Origin: Botryllus schlosseri
Lineage: Eukaryota
DNA: 64,000 nucleotides
Assembly: GCA_051294905.1 (NCBI GenBank)
Contig: CM119374.1
Coordinates: 14,880,001-14,944,000, forward strand
Direction: 5' to 3'
Positions 54,401-64,000 of the stretch are shown here, piece after piece. The translations under genes were made by a program, and so were the position numbers. How positions within the stretch are numbered: the stretch's first letter is position 1; each line of letters opens with the position of its first letter. The notes below the pieces were generated by a model, which saw only the letters and a list, made by a program, of their open reading frames with translations, had not been told where the DNA came from and made no database searches.

Positions 54401-57400
54401 ATAGGGGTAATTTGAAATTTATATTGTGTATATTGTGTTCGACTGATGAATTTTGGTCAACCTTATCAACAGGACTTGAAGATCTGTCGAAAGGAATGCA
54501 AAGACTGGAGCGAGCATTGCTACAAGTCTTGTGGCAGATATGAGGCAGACGGGAGTGATCCACTGATGCACAAGCCTAAACTGGTAAATGTAAAATTAGT
54601 TTTTCAATGACTGACGCAAAGGGCTCAAATTTGAGCTTGACACTGACTGGAAGGATATGTGTCAAGCTGTCTTACTCAATTTTTTATCCTCCTGAAAGGG
54701 CTACCACATAACACCCCTCAAATTAATGCAGCACATAGGCATATTTTTAAAGTACACTCTGTAACTAAACCATTTCAATTTCTCGATTAAGGTAGTCTAC
54801 TATTTCTGATGTCTGGAAATAGGCAGAAAAACCCAATTTTCCTTTTCCAGTCTCATTGCACTGTGAGCTTGAACTTTCTACAGTAATTATTTTTGAAGAT
54901 ACCCGGTAAGTATATGAAAACCACCTTAAACAACCAGGTCAAAGAAATTGACTGTAACGCACATCACATGTATGTCTACAAAGAAACCCCTGTTGCTTTT
55001 ACACCCATTCAGTGAATTCCCAACTTCCATTGCTTAATCCGTGGATACTTACGCCAACAGAAAAGTGTATGCTAACAAAGTTAAGAACCACAGCGCTATT
55101 CAGTTAATGTTATACTGCTAGTCCCTATTACGAACTTCAATATTGAATGTTTATCTTCTACAGGACACATCATCAAATGCGCCCAAATCTCTAATTGTTC
55201 ACTACAAAATTGGTGACGATACAGCCATGTGGATTCGACCTTTGACTCTCGCGGAGCTAATCCAGAAAGTCAAGGAGTTTGTGATGGATGGAAAAACAAA
55301 CATCAGATACGTTGTGGGTAATACTAGCACTGGTAAGCTACTACCTATATATCGGTTTAAAAAAATGTGTTCCTCAGTGTTAGTATTGCACAAGGTTTTA
55401 AACTTGTAATACCCTAATAAAGAAAGTAACTATTGGTAGTAAATTGATACAGGATTTGTATATGATGGTATGCTATGACTATTCCATGGTATGTTATTAT
55501 TTCACAATATTGTTTATTCTTGCATATTATTTGAAATCTCTGTTTTACCAGAGTCGTCTTCACTATATTTCAGGAGTCTACAAAAACGAAGGAAAGTTTG
55601 ATGTCTACATCGATAGTAAGGAAGTCAAGGATTTATATGAAGTAAGAGAAATAATGATTTTGCAATACTGCATTGTCGAAATTGTGCTTGTGCGGACCGC
55701 GTGCCATTCAATATTAGTATTTTAGAAAAAGATATCTCAATAGGCCACAGTTCCACACCGCTGTTGTAAACCATTATTCAAAAAGATATGTGAAGAAGCA
55801 ATATGTCAGTCTCTCTTTCAAACATTCATGTAGTAAAGCCAAGTCACCCGATTTTATATTTTGTATTAATAAAATCAGAAATTTCATGCTTGAGCATTTG
55901 AGATCAATACATCTGTTTCTTAACTATAAACACATATATTATCGAAAAATGTAGTATCTAAAACGTATGTCTTTTCTCTGCTTCAAAAATCGAGTGTCGT
56001 GAATATTAGAATACTGTACTTGCTATTATTATGCCAGAATGTAAAAACTCAAAAAGCATCTAATGAAAAAAATATAGGAAGCACAATTGCAATTTACATA
56101 TATACAATGCTTTGGAGCATTATGATTTTGTTTTTATTGCAATTACAATTACAATAACTCTTGATGGCTCTAAATGTGGTGTGAGGATTTTGTGTGTTTT
56201 GGAAGTTTGTAAAAATCCTATTTCACTTTTTCCAGATAACAAATTCTGACAGTACTTTGACAGTCGGTGCAAATGTCTCACTAAATGATTTGATCCAGTC
56301 ATGTCAAACCTACTCCAAACAATCAGAGATATTCGCTGCCATGGCGAAGCACATCAGGAAGGTAGCCAATGTGCCAGTGAGAAATGTAAGTTTTTTTACA
56401 CTATGTCAGACATATTCTATGCCCCAAAACTGAATCGGTAAATAGTAAATTCAAAACATTATTCAAAATTATAATTTTTTCACCCAAATTATTTTCAGGT
56501 TGGATCGTGGACAGGGAATATCATGATAAAGAAACTGCATCGTGAATTTCCGTCTGATATTTTCACACTTTTCGCGGCTTTCAACGTGAAAATTGTAATC
56601 TACGATTGCATAACGGAGGACCAAATCGATTACAATCTCACCGGCGACAATAACTTTATGGATCTGGACTTGACAGGAAAGGTAATGGCAGGCTGTTTTT
56701 TTCCCAAAACTTGCTGAAGCTATCACTTGCTGAGTAATGGCGGCATTTGTTTGTGACAGGTGATTTTGGCTTGCAAGATTCCCAAAATGACCCCACCAGC
56801 TGGCGGTAAATTTAAGGCGCTGAGCTATAAAATTATGCCGCGATCACAGGTGAGTTTTTTGTGTCTTACATCCGAAATGTACTGATCGATCTGCATATTA
56901 TTCATTTTTGGAATATTTGATGGGTCCTTTGCTATTATGTGTACCTGAAGCAGAATATTAAATTTAGGAATGTGGCATTGATATGTTCTCACTGAAATCC
57001 GTGATTTTACAATTGTTCCATGTCAAACATGCTCAAATTAAGGGAAAGGAACTTAAGGATTCATATATGACTTGTTATTACATTATTTGCTCACGTCTAA
57101 AACCCGTTTTTCTGAAAGTGTCTGATACTGTGTTGTAGGCTACAACGAGGATAGATTTTTCAATCATCATTATTTCCCAGATTGAATCCATAGTGTCAAG
57201 TTCCACACTATCAATACATGGAGTAATAATTTGTTCAATTGTAGTTTTCTTTCTACCAGAATGCCCATGCCTATGTGAATGCAGCATTCTCGGCATCTGT
57301 AACAGACGGTGTCATTCATGGCGCGACTATTTCAATGGGCGGTATCAGCAAGGACTTTGTGTGCGCGGTTAAAACCGAAAAATATCTCGAAGGCAAAAAT

Positions 57401-60400
57401 GTAAACTTGGAACAAACATTGTCAGGTAGAATTTTTGGGTAATATTTAGGTTAAAGGCAAAAGGTTGATACCAAAATGGTAGCATGCAACAACTACTCTT
57501 ACTGGGGGCAAAGGTATCTGAAGGCCTTACGAATTTGTATCGTCTCCTAGTCAATATTGCTACCATACGTTTTCTTCTTTCTCTGACGTGACGAATACAA
57601 GACTGTCCATCTATCCCCGTCCATCGTGCAATATTCAGCAAAGTTACGTTCAATGCACTGTGTTTTGCCCATGTTATATTGGATAGTATCTCAAATTTTA
57701 CACTTGATTTGGTATTACAGAAGCTCTAGAGGTGTTTAACGATGAAGTTGTACCGGTATCGTACAGTGCCGTCGAAACATCACCAGAATACAGAAAATCG
57801 GCTGCAGTAGGAATCTTTTACAAGGTAATCAATCTATATTCCGCAGGACCATCGTATCATGAAACAGTTCAATAAGGCTTGCATTAGTACAAAACTTGAA
57901 TGTATGACCGACCAATTGGATATCTATTTTTTCTCTAGTTTTATCTGTATCTCTGCGACATGTTGCCTGCCGATATCGCTTCGACGATAGATACGTTGGA
58001 ACGTCCGGTTACAAGCTCCACGCGGACATACGATTCAGATGCGAGCATGTTCCCTGTCACGGAACCCATTCCAAAGTTGTCAGCTATCAAACAGGTTAGG
58101 ACAGGAACCTTGGTTCAAAATTTTTTTGAAGGATTCAACTCCATTTTGTGTGGCAATTCGCCTGTCTTTTCATTGGATGCTCGAAGTATTACATTACTAC
58201 TGCAGAGTTGACCAGATCATACCACTCATCAGAGATGGCCAATTAACTTGCTCAATATTATTATGAAATCGTTTGCCAACATGACGATATGTACCATGAA
58301 CCAAATCCTATCCCCTTCAAAAAATACAAACATTCCTGAAAGATTAGTAAGAATGATGCTTACACCTTGTCTATTTGCACATATTTACATGCTCTAGTGT
58401 CGTTATGAATATGACACGTTATGTTGACAGGCTTCTGGAGAGGCGAAATACATCTCGGATTTTACAAACGACACCAACGAGCTATTTGCATCGTACGTTA
58501 TGGCCGAGTATGGAAACGCGGATATTGAAGACATCAACTCATCTCAGGCTGAAAGCATGCCGGGTTTTCACAGTGTTATCACAGGTGAGACATATACAAT
58601 GTAGTTGACAATGATTACTTCTACTTTTTCGAAATAGCCAGGTAGGATTTGTGAATACTTAGGCCTACTCTTGTGGTCTTCATTTTAAGTGACTTTCACT
58701 TTTGCTCCAGTAGGATTTGTGGGTAAATCAATGTGATTTGTATCATTTTTATGGCTTAAATTGTATTCGCAATCAATTGATGTAGAGCCGGTATAACGTG
58801 AGTCTAATACAGCTTGAATTTTGCATATTTGACATTTTGCCTGAACTCATACTATATTACCCATATACGGTACTAGAGTCCACCGTAGCCAAGGGACTAG
58901 CATGATGTAGCTGGATTTATACTGATAGAGCAATAATAAATCAGCGGTGGCGTATTATGTTGTACTGTGAAAATTATATTTTTCAAATTCCTCACACAAT
59001 TCACTCTAACTTGCACTGATAAAAATCATAAATTTACATTGTTTAATCGCGCACAGCTGCTGATCTTCCAACTGGGGTCCAAAACACATTCGCTCGACCA
59101 CCATTCGGACCGCAGCCGATACTGGTCGATGGACATACAGACTTTGCGGGTCAACCCGTAGCCATTGTGCTAGCAGGTGAGATGAATAAATGAAGGTTAA
59201 TAGGTTTATCTATTATTATCCTACGATAGTTTATGTTTTGCCTGTAGAGAATACCAATGCGAAACTCTTACCCCTGCTTGGTCACTTGCTGTGTAGGCAT
59301 ACATGTATTTCTCAATCATATATGCTTTCCATTACTGGATTTCTTTATGTATCTCAACAGTTACGAATTCTGTATCCTGCTCTAGCTGTCTTACATTATA
59401 CAGTCACGGCAAAAAATATGATTACATTCAGCTGGCATAAAAAACATTTTATGTACAATCTGGAATGGTGTTTTAGCTCACTTCGTCCAACAAATTATTT
59501 GCATCACAAAGACACGTAATTTTGAGGCATAAGTGTTCTGCGTATCATATTTAGTCAGTGTAGAGATATTTATGTCTGCTTTGTAGAAGTATAACCAAGG
59601 AAATCAATTATCTAAGCAGGCGTGTTTAGCAAACCGATTCTTTCCGTCATGTCATCAATTTCCCCTTAAGACTCTCAATTCCACGCGGAGCAAATCGCCA
59701 AAGCCGTCAAGGTGACATACAAGAATATTGGGCATGCCGTCTGTGATCTTGCCGAAGCGATCACGCGTAAAATGTTTTATGAAGGTGGAGATGAGTTTCA
59801 ACGGGGAAATGCGGATGAGGCTTACAATGACGCAAAGTTCAAGGTGTTCTTTTCTGTCTTTCATCTTTGATTCTGACAAGCTGTAGGTCCATGGCAACAT
59901 GACTCACATGAAAGCAGACCAAATAACTGTTATTGAATCTTGGCTCTTACCTATGGTTAGCAAAATATGACTCTTAATAATATGCCATGTTTTTAGTGGT
60001 CTGTTGACATATGTGCATGTGAAACTTTAACATGCGACGGTTGAGCATGCGGGTTAAAGTTAGGTTTGGGTTGTGTTGGTGTTGGGTTTGGATTAGGGTT
60101 AGGGTTGGAATTGGCTTTGTGGAAAGGGGTTAGTTTTAGGCTAAGAAAGTCACATCCTCAAATGCCATATGCCCCGATATTCGGGCTACCGATTTTTGCA
60201 TGTAAACTCTCTTTTTTGCTTCATGGTATGTGATGGATGTTTACATCAGTGGCATAAATTTGCTTATCTAAATGGAACCAGACTATGTCTGTAACATCAC
60301 TAATGGTCTAGAATCTCACCCAATAAAAGTTGTTAGTTATAGTTGACAAGTTGAACATGACGACAGTGTGTGATATGCCAACTATGTTTGGCAGTTTGGG

Positions 60401-63400
60401 AAAATGTAGCTGTTAGTCAAAAATGCCATGTATTGTTTGACACCTTGAGATCACACAAATAAATTTCTTTGTGCCCTAGTGTCCTGATTATAATTTGTTT
60501 TTGTCATTATCTGACTATTATTTATATAATCATATAACAGCACAGAATTGAACAGCATAATTCTTCATTGAAGAAATTTGCAAATTAGGCACTTGAGAGA
60601 TGGCTGGGGTTTTTGTCAAGCTCTAACATAACGAGATCAAATTTGTCCATAATTCCCTAACGTTGAAACATATCATTTTCCCGAAAATTGCTCACCCTGA
60701 TCATCCAAATATTTTCCAAACCTTCCAATTACCATAGAATTGCATTCCTCCCGATTTTGAGTAGCAGGGTGCTAACTATGGCACTAGAAATACTTACTTT
60801 CATACCAACTCGCAGTTAAATTCATTTGCGTTAAAATTTGGTATTGTTCATTTTGTTAGATTTCTGGGAGAGCCAAGCTCGGTGCGCAATATCACGTTTA
60901 CATGGAGCCGCAGGTTTCAAAAGCCATCCCGACCGAGGACGGCTTTGATTTGAGAACAGCCAGTCAGTGGCAGGACCAGGTCCAACAAAATTGCGCCTAT
61001 ATTGTGGGATTTGACAACAACAGGTGGGACTCTACATGGCAATCTAAATATACCAAACAACATAAGTACTCCAACGGAAACAAATTCTGGACTATTGTTT
61101 CTTGTTAACCCAGAAAATGCAAGAAGTTTATGACATGGGACAACTATTGGTTCCATGCATACAACTATTTTAATATATCAAGATACAGATGGCAATGACA
61201 TTTTAAATTGTGACATGAATCTGTCAAGAAACTTAGTTTCAATACTGACAAAATGTGATGAGCAAATAATCACCTTTATCAAAGTCAATCGTACAAGTAG
61301 AAGAAGCAGTATGTAAAAAACGAACCCCCTCCATTAATATGGGATGAAAGTGAAATATCCTATTCAAAATTAACCACCGCCTATTCAGAGCAGCGTTACT
61401 CATCCTTTGGTGAAAGTGTAGTCTCAATCCTAATATGCTATTGCCTGGTTGCAGTCACATGATTGGTTGCGCACAGCAAGCGACCGGTTAGGTAGCTATT
61501 CTATACCGTGTTTGTGCTTGAGATGAAGTTTTAATTTAAAATCTGCATTTGTGTGCAATGTGCATTGTACACATCAATTTTTGTGGATATAGTAATTTGG
61601 GTCTTGGCTATGTTAGATGCGTTTGCTCTGTAAGTGGTTGGTACTCTACACGCGAAAAATTCGGTGAAATATCGAGTGTTATATAGTCGTATTGCGGTAC
61701 CTAAAACTGACATCAAGGTAAAAAATTCATCTAGTCTACATATACCGGCTTATTTCATTGCAGTATCAGTGACAGTTGATTTTACTTGTGTAGATTGCAA
61801 TACTTGCTATGATTATGTGAACTTTACCATAAGCACAAGAGCAGAATAGAGTACCTTGTTAAGCTTTTATCGTTGCTATGTGCAAACAATCATGTGACCA
61901 AAATCCTGCAAACAGCCGATTGAACCATGTCAGGTACTGTTTTATATGTCTATATGTGAAAAACAGATCTCTTTATATTATAATACCTCACAGCTTTTCT
62001 GTTAAGAATGGATATTAACTTATGTATATTTTATCCCAGATTAAGGGCTGAATTGATGTATTATTTTACCTAAAACTGGTCTCATGTGTTCTGTGCAGGG
62101 TGAACGTGCGCACTGGCAGAGTTGGCGGGGCTTATGGTGGTAAAGGAATGGCAAGTTGGCTCTCCTCTGCAATCACACTGGTTTCAAGCTATATAACGGG
62201 TATGCTGCTGTTTGGTAAAAGTCATGACTTGTGGTACATTTTTCTGTAATTAACTTTCCGCTCATCTTAACGTGTCGTGTGCTTCAGATTAATTCTAGTT
62301 TTTGCTTGTCTTGCATTTTGAGCAAATTCTGTTCAGGATAGAAATTATAACAAGTTAGGATAATAGTATTTTTACATCGCTTGGATTTATGCAATTCAGA
62401 TTTCACAGGAAAAGCTTCCGTATACTTGAAGTCACTGTGGTACAATTTAGCTGCATTATATGCTTCCTTTGCTTGGATGAGTTGCCAAAGTCTTCATAAT
62501 AGTTTCTTTCTCCAAAAGTTTACATTCACACGCTTGTCCTGTTTCACGCAAGTTTAAAGAGATGTGTAATAAAATTTCAATCAATTGTAGAAGCACTCTT
62601 ACTCTATAGGGAAAGTAGATATTCTCGCAGTATGTTGGAGTTTAAATTTAGGTGATATTTTCAGCATTTCCCAATCAAATGAGATTTTGGTGGATGAGAT
62701 GTCACACATTTGTGGAGTCACAATGTGATGGCCACCTCTATTATACAAAATCTGTTAATTGATGCTAATCGCTGTTTGATTCGTAAAAATAACCAGTTTT
62801 GGGTCTGAAATGATCTATAATGTTATCTGCAATTGGTGCAATAAATTTTATGTGTTCTCTTATTTTAGGACGCCCCGTCCGGTTTCATGCCACATTGGAA
62901 CAGTGCATGGAGACGTTCGGAAGACGTTCCGAATACATTATGGACTACAAAGTTGGTGGGTCAATGTTACAGAATGTCTCCTATAGTAAAGTGTTTAGAC
63001 AGTATTTACCTCAGCGATTATGTTGACTGCACGGCGACTAGCTGACAATTCTTCCAGGTGTTGATGGAGATGGACTGTTACAAGCAATGGAAGTGAATTA
63101 CTACTGCAATATTGGCTCTACTCCAAATTCTGCCGAGTATGGAAAAGGATCATTGACCAGGTTTTCCGACAGTGGTGAGTACATTTTTGTGTAAGTCTGT
63201 GTTGAAATTAGGAGTCTTTAGACTTCTCCAATACTTGGGGTTGCCGCAGCATATAAGTGCCCAGTAGCCCACTACTCAGAGATCCACACGCCCTTCCAGC
63301 CCCGACCCAACCATTTATTTGAGCTTGTGACTGGCATTGGTTTTGTAGGCCTGGAGCTAGGTTCCTGGGAGACAGCCAGTGAAAATCTAACCTTAATCTT

Positions 63401-63776
63401 ACACTTTGCGGGTCCAGGGGTGCAACAACCAAGGTACGGTTGCAGTCCTTATTGAAATAGCAAGGACATAAGTCCCAATCACAGAACGAATGTCGAAATT
63501 TGAAGTCGGGTATAGCCACTGTCTGTATATACAGGCTTTGTTTAATTTATCATCTTCATATTTCATACAGTTATTAAATCCTTTTCTATGTTTCGAGAAC
63601 TGTGAGTATACAATCGTTGTTGTTCCTTAACGACTGGCTGTGAATCTGTGATAGGTCTGAGCAATTAAACCGAAGATTCTGTTTTTTGTTGCAGGATACT
63701 ATTGCCCTAACTGGAAATTAACTGCGAAAAATGTCCGTACCAATATGCCTGGTACTGCCGCATGTAGAGGTCCTCA
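51406..63776 (+). CDS. Aldehyde oxidase/xanthine dehydrogenase family molybdo-flavoenzyme, paralog B (exons 1-21; 3' part lies beyond the window)
   Basis: Exons: 51406-51460, 52925-53091, 53408-53568, 54137-54296, 54473-54583, 55164-55332, 55574-55641, 56236-56385, 56499-56681, 56760-56849, 57260-57425, 57721-57824, 57939-58094, 58431-58584, 59057-59176, 59671-59843, 60860-61023, 62099-62199, 62869-62955, 63058-63174, 63695-63776. Exons 2-21 match paralog A in length and phase. Frame is open throughout. Motifs include CAEGGCGAC, QCGYCTPG, CRCTGY, KIMPRSQNAHAYVNA and GGAYGGKG. Confidence 0.93.
57520..57655 (-). mobile_element. Degraded 3' fragment of an RTE-type LINE in intron 11 of paralog B
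   Basis: The minus strand translates as LLNIARWTGIDGQSCIRHVRERRKRMVAIL, resembling the RTE C-terminal pattern (DNI.EWTG......R...DR..WR). Confidence 0.35.
60040..60140 (+). repeat. Degenerate TTAGGG-like G-rich tract
   Basis: GGGTTAAAGTTAGGTTTGGGTT...GGATTAGGGTTAGGGTTGG in intron 16 of paralog B. Confidence 0.6.
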
Positions 63777-64000
63777 GTGAGTATGCGACCAATTCAATTC
63801 AGATTTTGACCGCAACTAGAGATGAGTGATTTGAATTTGAATTGGAGTCACTTTTTCTGAATCTTGCACTCGGAAAAATCACTGAGTCCAGTCTTGTTAC
63901 AGAAAAACTTGCCGGATTCCCGTCTTGCTCAAATATCAAATCCAAATTCCCGGCATATAGTATGTTTTTCGCGTATAGTTAACAATTAATAGCACAATGG

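Overview
Eukaryotic (metazoan-type), AT-rich, intron-rich DNA; the organism cannot be fixed from the sequence. The window is dominated by two tandem + strand paralogs of the xanthine dehydrogenase/aldehyde oxidase molybdo-flavoenzyme family, which I spliced by hand. Copy A (2573-49046) is complete: 30 GT-AG exons, 3909 nt, 1302 aa, no stop or frameshift found. Copy B (51406 to the window end) shows its first 21 exons, with the same phases and the same lengths except exon 1 (55 vs 52 nt). Both lack the XDH-diagnostic Glu802/Arg880/RREDD features and carry the insect/plant aldehyde-oxidase-type KIMPRxQN motif, plus an unusual RGP(Q/H) active-site loop. Copy A introns are about 3.1x longer than copy B introns and are packed with transposons. 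These include a 5'-truncated GC-rich RTE-type LINE with an open RT frame, a 3.1-kb Buster-type hAT with an open transposase ORF, about ten TIR elements (most with 8-bp TSDs), a decayed two-gene Harbinger element, tRNA-derived SINEs, a Penelope fragment, and a foldback element whose core is a telomere-like (TTAGGG) G-rich array. No rRNA, true tRNA or CRISPR array was found. Most short ORFs in the supplied track are spurious or are single exons read through into introns.
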